A stretch of DNA of 64,000 nt from Longimicrobiales bacterium (GTDB lineage Bacteria > Gemmatimonadota > Gemmatimonadetes > Longimicrobiales > Gaopeijiaceae): positions 448,001 through 512,000 of the forward strand of contig CBDCKN010000015.1 in NCBI GenBank assembly GCA_965218295.1, written 5' to 3'. Made by a program: the position numbers and the translations under genes. Positions 31,633 through 41,721 of this stretch are shown piece after piece; position 1 is the first letter of the stretch; every line of letters begins with the position of its first letter. The notes under the pieces were generated by a model. It worked only from the letters and a program-made list of their open reading frames with translations. It had not been told where the DNA came from and ran no database searches.

Positions 31633-32133
31633 TCAGGATGCTGGCGGGCGCACCGGACCCTGAGCTCTGCCACGGCTTGCCTCGATCTCTTTCCGGATCC
31701 ACGCATCCACGTCCTCCTCGATCCATACGACAGCACGCACCGGCTCGGGGAAGCTTCCCTCGGCCACCTGCAGGTAGATCTTGCTCTGCGACAGCCCCGT
31801 GCGGGCCTCGACGCCCGGTAGGCCCAGGATGCGGGCGGGTATGTCCATTTCGCGTGGGATTGCTTCCGTCGTCCGTTCTCTTCTTTCTCTAATGGAAGCA
31901 TCCGGTAACGGATCGCTCCGGGATGGAACGCGATCCGCCTGGTCCCCGTCGTAGGTTTCGATGAACTCCAGGATCCGGTCAGCCGTCGCTAGCGTCGGTG
32001 AGCGGCCCAGGCGTAGCTGTCGGATCAGGTTCGGATCGCCCGTCGCCCGCAGACCGAACGTCGACGGCTTCAGGCGCGTGCGCTCGAGAAACCCGCCCAC
32101 TCGCGATTCGAAGTGCTTCGTTAGCGTCTCCAT
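31633..32133 (-). CDS. AlpA-family regulator with N-terminal HTH (paralog of 49990-50481)
   Basis: FLERT..GDPNLIRQLRLGRSPTLATAD, then VEARTGLSQSKIY..EGSFP. Small internal deletion relative to the paralog. Confidence 0.8.
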   Translation of the reverse strand: METLTKHFESRVGGFLERTRLKPSTFGLRATGDPNLIRQLRLGRSPTLATADRILEFIETYDGDQADRVPSRSDPLPDASIRERRERTTEAIPREMDIPARILGLPGVEARTGLSQSKIYLQVAEGSFPEPVRAVVWIEEDVDAWIRKEIEASRGRAQGPVRPPAS

Positions 32134-32186
32134 GGCAGTTAGGGTCTAGACCCGGCATATGAGGACCCGCTTATGCACTGCGGCGC

Positions 32187-33340
32187 GAGCTAGGATCAAA
32201 GGGTGTGTAAAAAGAGAGGCGACGTACCTTTCCGCTGAGTAATAACCAGCGAACTCCGGGTGACAGCCCGGGGGAAAGGAACGACGCCTCGTGAGGAAGA
32301 ATACGGTGGGACCCGAGGGTGAGTCCAGGACGCCCGTGTGGGAAGTTCTGGAAGAAGTGGTTCGGGAGAAGGCGCAGGAGTTCATTCAACAGATCTTGGA
32401 GGAGGAAGTCACGGAGTTGCTAGGGCGAGAGAAGTCAGAGCGCAGGAGGGTGGTGGACGCGACCGAGGGCTACCGCAACGGATACGGCAAGCCGAGGCGG
32501 TTGGCGATGAGCTCGGGCACGATCACGTCGATCTGATGGGCCGCTACCGGCGCAGGAGTGAAGAAGTGGACGAGATGATGGTGGAGGCCTACGTGAGCGG
32601 TGTGTCGCAGCGCAAGATGGGCGACGTGACTGAAGCACTGCTGGGTGAGCGCGTGGGACGCTCGACGGTAAGCCGGGTCGCGAAGCGGCTCGATGGGGCT
32701 GTAGAAGCGCTGCGGAGCGCACCCATCGAAGGGCCTCACCCCTATCTGTATCTGGACGCGACGTTCCTCGATGCGCGCTGGGCCAGGAAGGTCGAGAACG
32801 TGAGCGCGCTCGCACGCTAGGCCCTGAGGAGTCAGAGGACAGTTGGTCGGAGCTCCTCGAGCAGCTCCTGGAGCGAGGTCTCAGCGGCGTCGAACTGGTG
32901 ATCGCCGACGAGCACGCGGGCCTGGTAGCTGCGCTGCGCCGCTTCCTGCCTGAGGTGCGCCGTCAGCGCTGCACCGTGCACCTGCAACGCAACGTGCTGG
33001 CCAAGGTCCCGCATCGCCTGCGCAAGCGTGTGGCGCGCGAGGTTGCCGCCGTCTTCCGGGCCCCCGGGCTCGCTAAGGCGAAGAAGCGCCTGGCCGAGAT
33101 CACGGCGCGCTGGCACAACGAACTCCCCGAGGCAATGAGGGTGCTCGAGCGGGGCTTCACGGCCGCCACCCAGTTCTACGCGTTTCCCGAGCCCCACTGG
33201 GCCAGGCTACGCACCACGAACAGCCTCGAGCGCCGCTACCTCGATCTCACGCTTCTCGAACCGAAGGAGGTCGCTAAGGCAGCCTAACCGAAGCATCGAG
33301 GAGCTTCCTCTCACTTTTGCACACAACTCGGGACTTGACC
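32187..33340 (+). mobile_element. Fused IS256 remnants: 5' 340 bp of the copy-1 type joined to a different, decayed IS256-family element
   Basis: Identity to 23024ff ends at ~32526. Then EAYVSGVS, LYLDATF, QRCTVH, RTTNSLER and an end TTTGCACACAACTCGGGACTTGACC. Confidence 0.8.
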
Positions 33341-35531
33341 GGCTGTTTCTTGGGCACTTTCAGGCCCTCCTCTCTCCAGATCCGCTCCACCCGCTTGTGG
33401 TTCACCACCCAGCCCTCCGCCCTCAACATCCCTGTAACCATCCGGTACCCGTAGCGACCGAACCGACCCGCCACCTTGACCACGTCCGCTTGTAGCGCCC
33501 CCTCTCTGCCAACTTACGTGAGACACGGAGCAGCTAAGGAATTAGAGTAGGGCGAAGGCAGAGAAACCGAGGATGCTGAGACACCGAGAGAGAATGAAAG
33601 AGAATGGAATAGCCCCACCAACCTGGGACGGTAAGCGAAGCGCGGCAGCTCCTGCGGACTCGGAGGTGGTAGATAGGCCGCTGCGCCGGCGGTTCGCTCC
33701 GTCGTACAAGCTGCGGATCGTCGAAGAAGCGGACCGGTGCACGGAGCCCGGAGAGGTTGGCCGACTCCTACGGCGGGAGGGCTTGTACTCGTCGCACCTG
33801 ACGACATGGCGCAAGGCGGCGCATAGCGGGTCCCTGAAAGCGCTGTCGAAGAAACGAGGCCGTAAGCGCGAGCGCAATCCGCTGGAGGAGAAGGTGCGCA
33901 AGCTGGAGCGCGAGAACACTCGCCTCGAGAAGGAGCTCCAGAAGGCGCACTTGATCATCGACGTCCAGGGAAAAGTTGCAGGGCTGCTGGGATTGAGCCT
34001 CGAGGACGGGACGAACTCATGAAGGCGACCCAGGAGCTAGCCAAGCACGTAGGGGTGAAGCCCGCGTGCGATGCGCTCAGGGTGCCGCGAGCCACGTTCT
34101 ACCGTCGTCGGAGTGCATCGACCGGGCATCAGCAGCCCCGCCCGACCCCCGCCCGGGCCTTAAGTGAGAGGGAGCGGGACAAGATTTTCGACACCCTGTG
34201 TTCGGAGCGGTTCGTGGACCGGTCCCCAGCCGAGGTGGTGGCGACGCTGCTCGACGAGGACGTCTACCTGTGCAGCGAGCGTACGATGTATCGCGTTCTG
34301 GCTTCCCAGGTGCCGGTTCAGGAGCGTCGAGCGCAGCGGAGTCATCCCAAATACCAGAAGCCCGAGTTGATGGCGAGGGGCCCGAACCAGGTCTGGTCCT
34401 GGGATATCACCCGGCTGCTGGGGCCGAAGAAGTGGAGTTACTTCTACCTCTACGTGATCCTGGACATCTTCAGCCGCTACGTCGTGGGATGGATGGTGGC
34501 GGATCGGGAGAACTCTGCCCTGGCCAGCCGGCTGATCCAGCAGAGTTGCTTGAAGCATGGCGTCCAGCCCCACCTCCTGACCCTGCATTCCGATCGAGGG
34601 GCTCCGATGACGAGCCAATGCACGGCTCAACTACTCGCCGATCTCGGCGTGACCCGCTCGTTGGGCCGACCCCAGGTCTCGGATGACAATCCGTTCTCCG
34701 AGGCTCAGTTCAAGACCTTGAAGTACCATCCCTCGTTTCCCGGCCGGTTCGGGGATCAGGGGCAAGCCAAGACCTTCTGTCGCTCGTTCTTCCGTTGGTA
34801 TAATGCCGAGCACCGCCATGGCGGCATCTCGATGCTGACCCCCGAACAGGTCCACTTCGGTCACGCCGATCGGATCATCGCCTGCAGGAAGGCCGTGCTC
34901 CGTGAGGCATGGGCCGCTCATCCCGAGCGCTTCGTCTCCGGTGAGCCGAAGCCTAAACCACTCCCGGAGGCCGTCTGGATCAATCCTCCCACCCCATCCC
35001 TCACTACACAGGAGATTGCTCTCTAATTGATTTCCAAGAGTGTCTCACTGGCGTTGACAGGTTCCGCCGCTTCATCAGCCCCTCTCTTCCGACTCCTCCG
35101 TTGTGTCGATCGAGCCTGGCCCAACACCTCGCACGCTCGCCTCTCGCTCACCCCGAGCCGCTGCTGGACCCGCACCACACAGCGCCTCCGCTGACGCTTC
35201 CTTCAGGATCATGTTGTCCACCGTCAGATCGGCCACCGCCCGCTTCAGTCGCTGGTTCTCCTTCTCAAGCTCCTTCAGACGCTTCGCCTGACTCGTCTTC
35301 ATCCCCCCGTACTCCCTCCGCCACCGGTAGTACGTCTGCTCGCTCACCCCTAGATCCCGGATCACCTCTTTCATCGACTTCCCGTTGGCGAGCCCCACTT
35401 CCGCCCGCCGTAGCCCGTTGATGATCTGCGCTGCCGTGTAGTTCTTCCGTGCTGCCATCTCGACCTCCTCCCGGTCTCGACCCGCCCAGATTCTAACACT
35501 GGACCTGGTCTCGTTTCAGGGGGCTAGGTCA
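33341..35531 (-). mobile_element. IS3-family (IS407-like) element, interrupted and truncated
   Basis: orfA from 35458 (GVSEQTYYRWR..RLKELEKENQRLK). orfB piece YGYR..NHKRVERIWREEGL. Confidence 0.85.
33500..35066 (+). mobile_element. IS3-family element, copy 1 (orfA 33573-34022, orfB 34019-35026)
   Basis: DDE motifs WSWDIT, HSDRG, DNPFSEAQFK. Apparently identical to 42393-43959. 2-bp TSD CC. Confidence 0.92.
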
Positions 35532-35978
35532 CAACTGCCTTCCCGCAGAGATCCTTAGCCGGGAGTGACCCCGGAGTGACCCCCCGGCGGATGGTGACAT
35601 GGGCGCGCACACGGAAATGGGCGTCGTTTACCGATGAACACGCTGCAACAGCCAGCGTGAGGAACTCAACTCAAGGCGGGTTGCTGACGTGGGATCTGAT
35701 ACGACCCGGGAGTCCCGCCATTTGGTGGCGTTTTTCCGCTGTTTCAGTACGGTGGAGTCAGATATCGTCGAACGGCAAGTGCGGCAGATCGTGCAGTCCT
35801 AGTTTAACTTAGACGATTCCTTGCCGTAAAACGCACAACTTGAATTCGATACCGTCCAAGGAGTTCCGGGTAGGTGCATAACATCCAGTATTTACAACAG
35901 GTTACGTAGTTTCTTTCTTGTCTCGTTCTGCCAGCAGTGCCCTTTGCGATCCCGTTCCATCCCAGTTATGATTGGGGG

Positions 35979-37211
35979 ATGGATAATGTGATTCGATCTC
36001 CCGTCAAGCGCCGCCTAGGCAAGCCCAAGGGCCGCCATCCCCACAAGCGGCTCTCGACCGCCTTCGTGCGCTCGGCACCGCCCGGCAGGCACTGCGATGG
36101 CAACGGTCTCTACCTTTACGTCCAGAAGACCGGAACCCGGAGTTGGATTCAGCGGCTCGTGATCCGGGGCCGCAAGCGCGAGCTCGGACTCGGCAACGCC
36201 CAACTGGTCTTGCTCGCCGAGGCGCGGGAGCAGGCGCTGGCCAACCGCAAGCTTGCCCGCGCGGGCGGCGATCCGCTGGCCGAGAAGCGGCGTTCGGCGG
36301 GCATTCCCACCTTCGCCGAGGCCGCTAAGCGCGTCATCGAGCAGAAGAGCGCCGGATGGCGCAACGCGGCGGTGCCGAGGAACTGGTATCGCAGCTTCGA
36401 GATTCACGTCTTCCCAAGGATCGGGAGGGTGCCGGTCTCCGAGATGACGAGCGCCGACGTGCTCGAGATCCTCACACCCATCTGGCACGCGAACCCGCCG
36501 ACGGCCCGGATCGTTCGCCACCGCATCCGCGCCGTGCTGGAATGGGCCATCGCCATGGACTGGAGAACGGACAACCCGTGCGACCGGCTCCTGCCGGTGC
36601 TCGGCTCCCAGCAACATGTCGTCAGACACCGGAAGGCCCTGTCTCACCGCGAGGTGGGGGCGGCCATCGAGAAGGTCCGGGCGGCGAAGGCGGGCAAGGT
36701 GGACGCGCTGGCGTTCGAGTTCATGGTGCTCACGGCGGCGCGGGGCGTCGAGGTCCGCGGGGCGGTATGGAGCGAGATCGACCGGGAGGAGCGCGTCTGG
36801 ACGGTCCCCGCGAGCCGGATGAAGAGCCTGCGCGCGCACCGTGTGCCGCTGTGCGGCCGCGCGCTGGAGATTCTCGACGCGGCGCGGAAGCTGGGCGGCG
36901 GCGGGAGTCCGATCGTGTTCGTCGGCAAGCGCGGCAGAGAGATGGGCGGCGAGCAGATGGGCCGGCTGCTCAGGAAGCACGGGATCGCGGCGGTGCCGCA
37001 TGGGTTCAGGTCGTCGTTCAGGGACTGGGCCGCCGAAGAGACGGACCACCCCCGCGAAGTCGTCGAGGCGGCCCTGGCCCATGTAGTCCGGAACCCGGTC
37101 GAGGCCGCCTACATGCGCTCCGACCTGTTCGAGCGCCGCCGTCGGCTCATGGACGACTGGGTCGGCTACTTGGCTGGCGAGCGAGACCCGGAGGCCAGAG
37201 CGATCCGTTGA
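35979..37211 (+). CDS. P4-like tyrosine integrase
   Basis: DGNGLYL, TAARGVEVRG, HGFRSSFRDW, ALAH, AYMRSD. Confidence 0.93.
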   Translation: MDNVIRSPVKRRLGKPKGRHPHKRLSTAFVRSAPPGRHCDGNGLYLYVQKTGTRSWIQRLVIRGRKRELGLGNAQLVLLAEAREQALANRKLARAGGDPLAEKRRSAGIPTFAEAAKRVIEQKSAGWRNAAVPRNWYRSFEIHVFPRIGRVPVSEMTSADVLEILTPIWHANPPTARIVRHRIRAVLEWAIAMDWRTDNPCDRLLPVLGSQQHVVRHRKALSHREVGAAIEKVRAAKAGKVDALAFEFMVLTAARGVEVRGAVWSEIDREERVWTVPASRMKSLRAHRVPLCGRALEILDAARKLGGGGSPIVFVGKRGREMGGEQMGRLLRKHGIAAVPHGFRSSFRDWAAEETDHPREVVEAALAHVVRNPVEAAYMRSDLFERRRRLMDDWVGYLAGERDPEARAIR

Positions 37212-37254
37212 TCCGCCGTGCGTCTGGAGGCCTAGACCCTCCCTGTAGAGCCCC

Positions 37255-37690
37255 GCGCCGCTGCCTCAAACACGGGACCGATTGAATGTTAGTGCATTGG
37301 CGGTTTTTCGGCCAAGCTGGGTGGCCGGCGGAGCGTGGCGGAGCCGAGCGGCCAGCTTGGCAGGATGATCGCTTCCAGGGGTCGGCGGCCGGTATCCCAG
37401 GTTGCTGTGTGGACGGATGGCGTTGTAATGGCGCGCCACGCTTCGATCAGGACTTGGCCGTGCAGAACATCCCGCCTGCCGCAACGGGCCGACGATCTCC
37501 TCCGGCTCGTAACGCTTCCTGGACATCCCTGGTCCTCTTCACTCCTAGACCTAAGGATGGACGAATCCGATGGGGGAGGATCATAGACGCGACGTCCGGA
37601 CTGCGCCGCCGCGATCGCCAAGTTTATGGCGAGGTGAGTCTTCCCGACGAAGTGCGCCCCTGGAAGTGGACAGATTCCGGTAGAAGAATC
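37255..37690 (-). mobile_element. IS scraps: internally deleted IS3-type element and IS21 istB fragment
   Basis: MSRKRYEPEEIV joined to YNAIRPHSNLGYRPP. GKTHLAINLAIAAAQSGRRVY. Confidence 0.65.
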
Positions 37691-37808
37691 GACATGTGCT
37701 CGACTGCGGCGTGGCGCATGGGTTTCCACGTAAACGACAATACGCTGTGAACCGACAAGTTGGCCCTTTATGTGCCCGGAATCCTGACCCAGTCCCGGAG
37801 TACCATTG

Positions 37809-39587
37809 ATGAGCGAAGCCCAGAGACAGCAGAGCATCGAGAAACGGCTCCGACGCGCCCAAGAGGAACTGTTTGTTGCCCTGAAAGTCAGGGACAACAC
37901 AGTAATCCTGCCGATGAACGAGCCGCCACCGTTGGACCGGCCCTGGGACGCCACGACAACAATACGCAGACTCGTGATCGACGGCGACTGGCAGACCGCC
38001 GCACCTGCCTTTAGGGACATACAGGAATGGGTTGCCGCTTGCTGGAACGCCGAGCGTGCTGCAGAAGCACCGGTGAGGACCGTCATCACCGGCGACCGTT
38101 TCGGGCAACGAAGCGAGACCCAACTCGACGCCACGACCGCCGCTCGCAAGCTAATCGTGGCGGCAGCCCTATATGGTTCGGAGGCGGTCGCGAAGTACGC
38201 CGCCGAGTTCGCGTCCCACGGGATGATCGAGCTCCGCAGCATCTACCTGCTAAAAGGACCGTCTATCGGAGAAGCGAAGCGGCTGGACGACTACTGCTCG
38301 CTCCTCCCGTACCGAGAAGCGCTACGACGGTCGAACGCGCACCCCACGCTACCGCCGACCGAAATCGACCGTTGGCCGCCGGACTCGACCGACAACGTCT
38401 GTGCACTCGAATCCAGGAGCTTCGAGCGCCGAACTCCCCACGGAACCGAGAACGAGCTATACACCAGTCCATTGCTGCGATACGGACTCGAGACGCTGGC
38501 CCTTGTGCTTGGGCTGGTCTGGGGGAACGGGCTTCGCGTGTTCGGCAGCTCGCACGCCGTTCCTGCACCGGCTGCGGCAGCGCTCCCGTTTCTTCACGCC
38601 GCGTTTTCGGGTGGCCTTTTAGCTACCCAGCGCATCGACCTCGCACTCCACGGATTCGGGCCAAACTCCAAGCAGCGTCCGCTCGCCACCGCAGAGCTCG
38701 TACAACTCATGGACGCATACGCCGGTCTGTCGGACCAATCTCGACGCGTCCTTGCATTAGCCATGCGACGCCTGTGTGACAGCACCGCGAGGGTCGACCA
38801 CGAGGACATGGTTGTGGACGTGTGCATCGCGTTGGAGGCGCTGTTCATGGACGAGGACTGGAACCACAAGAAGCGCATCGCAACAAGGGGTTCGTGGTAC
38901 TTCGCGGACTCGACGCACGAACGGGAGCAAACACGAACCATGCTCAAGGAATTGTACGACTACCGCTCGAACGTCGTGCACGGCAACACCCCGGTCCCCG
39001 CAACACCGGAGGAGGATCGGCGGAACGCCAGTCTGTTCGCGGACGCGGTGAACGTGGTCCGCGCCAGTCTCAAGAGCATGATCTTCGAAGGAAGACTAAC
39101 AGATTGGGAGAAGAGCAAGGACCAGAGATCCATCCGCCGCGACCCGCCGCATACGGAGTCAGAGATTCCCTCCGTGAAGTCGGATTCCTTGAGCTGGTCA
39201 GTCAAGGAACAGAGAGAAATTGACCGGGCGCTTGAAGCCGTGTGGAAGCCGACCGTCGACAATGCTCCACCGCCGCCGCCGGATACGGCGTGCGTTATTC
39301 ACGCGGGCGTCAACCCGGAAATCGTCGAGCAGTGCCGCCGACAAGGTGGCCACTACGTCATCACACATCCGGCCCGGCTCTACATGGCCCACCCCAAGTG
39401 GCCGAAAACGGCGTCCGATCCGCTCGACGAGCGCACGGAGTACTACTGCGAAAAGGACGTTGAAAACCACATGCAGCGCTGGCGCGAGGCGGCGACTGAG
39501 AAGAGGCTCAGTCAGTTCCAGCTACCCATCCGCGCTGCCATATACCACCCAAGATACCGCGATGAGTGGGCCCGACCGCTTCAGTGA
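37809..39587 (+). CDS. ApeA-like HEPN-domain protein
   Basis: IALEALF..LYDYRSNVVHG carries the RxxxxH HEPN motif. Confidence 0.75.
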   Translation: MSEAQRQQSIEKRLRRAQEELFVALKVRDNTVILPMNEPPPLDRPWDATTTIRRLVIDGDWQTAAPAFRDIQEWVAACWNAERAAEAPVRTVITGDRFGQRSETQLDATTAARKLIVAAALYGSEAVAKYAAEFASHGMIELRSIYLLKGPSIGEAKRLDDYCSLLPYREALRRSNAHPTLPPTEIDRWPPDSTDNVCALESRSFERRTPHGTENELYTSPLLRYGLETLALVLGLVWGNGLRVFGSSHAVPAPAAAALPFLHAAFSGGLLATQRIDLALHGFGPNSKQRPLATAELVQLMDAYAGLSDQSRRVLALAMRRLCDSTARVDHEDMVVDVCIALEALFMDEDWNHKKRIATRGSWYFADSTHEREQTRTMLKELYDYRSNVVHGNTPVPATPEEDRRNASLFADAVNVVRASLKSMIFEGRLTDWEKSKDQRSIRRDPPHTESEIPSVKSDSLSWSVKEQREIDRALEAVWKPTVDNAPPPPPDTACVIHAGVNPEIVEQCRRQGGHYVITHPARLYMAHPKWPKTASDPLDERTEYYCEKDVENHMQRWREAATEKRLSQFQLPIRAAIYHPRYRDEWARPLQ

Positions 39588-40345
39588 GTCTGGCTACTTT
39601 CGCCGCCGGCGCGCACCACGGTCTTCAAGTACGCGAACTGATGCGAGCACACACTTGTGCTCAATGGCACTGACAAGGATACGGCGGCAGTTGCCCCTGG
39701 CGGCCCTGCGTCCGAGCCCGCACCCGCGGACAGGTCCTCACGCCGTCGTCAGCCTGACAGCGTGCGCATGTGGTCGAGAACAGGTTCGAGGCGGCCCATC
39801 GGCGCTCGGACCTGTTCGAGCGCCGACGTGTCTTGATGGACGACTGGGTTGCGTACCTCGACGGCGTGCCGCGCACGGACGACCCGCAACGCGGCTGAGA
39901 CGCTGGGATCGTTCACGGTCCGGACGTCGGTTGCCACTGCATATCAAGCGGTGGTTGCCGGCACACCGGACGCAACCAGCGGCACGGGCGCAAGAACTCG
40001 CCGCCCCGCGGAAATAGCCACCCGCTCCCGTAGCGCTCGTGCCATATGCTGTCGGCAGTCCAGCTCCGAGAGCGCCACAGCCGAACACCCGGCGATGCCG
40101 GCACGACTGTCAGATCGCCGGACCAGGACAGAGCATCGTCGCGGACTCTCCCGCGTGGCCTATGCAAGTACCTTCCAATGGGCGGTCGTTCGGCAGAGTG
40201 CCACGAAGACCAAGGCCAAGCAGCGACTTGCCAGTGTCGGCTCCAGCCAAATGAACCGGAACGGTGTAAAACGCCCCGAATGTGGAAAAGGACCAGGACG
40301 CAAGACCCGAGAGCGTGAGGGGTTGTCCTCCGCCCAACCTCTGCA

Positions 40346-41576
40346 TGTGCTGAGACGGTATTCACCTGACAGTTGACCACGAGAGAGGACGGTGGCCAGC
40401 CGCCCTCGCCGGAGCTAATTGAGAGATGTCGAAGTCACTCACTTAGCACGGGAGAGAAGATGACCACCGTCCAGGGGGAGAAGATAGCGCGCCGCAAGCT
40501 GAGCCTGCTACAGTTGGCCCAGGAGCTCGGCAACGTGAGCAAGGCGTGCAAGATCGTGGGCTACAGCCGGCAGCAGTTCTACGAGATCAGGAGGAACTTC
40601 CAGCTTTACGGGGCCGAGGGGCTGATCGACCAGCTTCCGGGGCCGAAGGGACCGCACCCGAACCGGGTGAGTGAAGAGATTGAGCAGGCGGTCTTGGCCC
40701 ACGCCTTGGAGGCTCCGACGCACGGAGCTCAGCGGGTCGCGGACGAGTTGCTGCTCGGAGGGATCCAGGTGAGCTCAGGAGGCGTACGGGGCGTGTGGAG
40801 CCGGCATGGCCTCACCACGAAGCACGAACGGCTGCTCAGGCTCGAAGAGACGGCCAGGGAACGGAAGCTGAAGCTGACCGACGAGCAGATCGAGCTGCTG
40901 GAGCGCTTCAGTCCCGAGTTCCGGGAGCGCCACATCGAAGTCCATTACCCGGGCGACCTCGTCGCCGTGGACACGTTCTTCGTCGGAACGCTGAAGGGGG
41001 TCGGCAAGGTGTACCTGCAGACCGTGCTCGATTGCTTCAGCCGCTACGCCTGGGGCCGGCTCTACACGAGCAAGCTCCCGCTCACGGCGGTGCAGGTGAT
41101 GAATAACGACGTGTTGCCGTTCTTCGATGAGCACCGGGTCCGGGTGAAGACCGTGCTCAGCGACAACGGCCGCGAGTTCTGCGGCCGTCCGGACCGTCAC
41201 CCATATGAGCTGTTCCTTCAGCTCGAGGACATCGAGCACCGCACGACGAAGGTGGGCAGGCCCCAGTCCAACGGCTTCATCGAGCGCTTCCACCGCACGC
41301 TCCTCGACGAGCACTTGAGGGTGAAGGGCCGCACCACCTGGTACGAGACCGTCGAGGAGATGCAGCAGGACCTCGAGGCGTATCTGGAGACCTACAACCG
41401 GAAGCGGCCGCACCGCGGTCGAGCCATGGAGGGCCGCACGCCCTATCAGGTCTTCAAGGCCGGTCTCACCGACGCCAGGAAGGCCGCAAAGGCCAGGAAG
41501 GAGGAGGCTAAGACGAAGGCAGCCTAGACACAGCTCCGGCGAGGGCCAACTGTCAGGTCATTACCATCTCTGTACA
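40346..41576 (+). mobile_element. IS481-family element (transposase 40460-41527)
   Basis: TGT...ACA ends with ~30-bp IR, flanking direct repeat CTCTGCA. VDTF, SDNGREF, NGFIERFHRT. Confidence 0.93.
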
Positions 41577-41721
41577 CTCTGCAGTTCCTTCAGGGGTTGG
41601 CGTATGCGAGTCGTTACGGGTTAAGCCCCGCAGAGCTCCGTCTCGCGCGAGACGCGGTCCACCTCTTGATTCCATTGCCTTCCACATGTGGCGGGCCTTG
41701 CTACGTTCTTCCCCGGCAGCT

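Noticed and set aside
39600..40340. ORFs between the HEPN gene and IS481
   Set aside because: No recognisable motifs, RBS or consistent frame.
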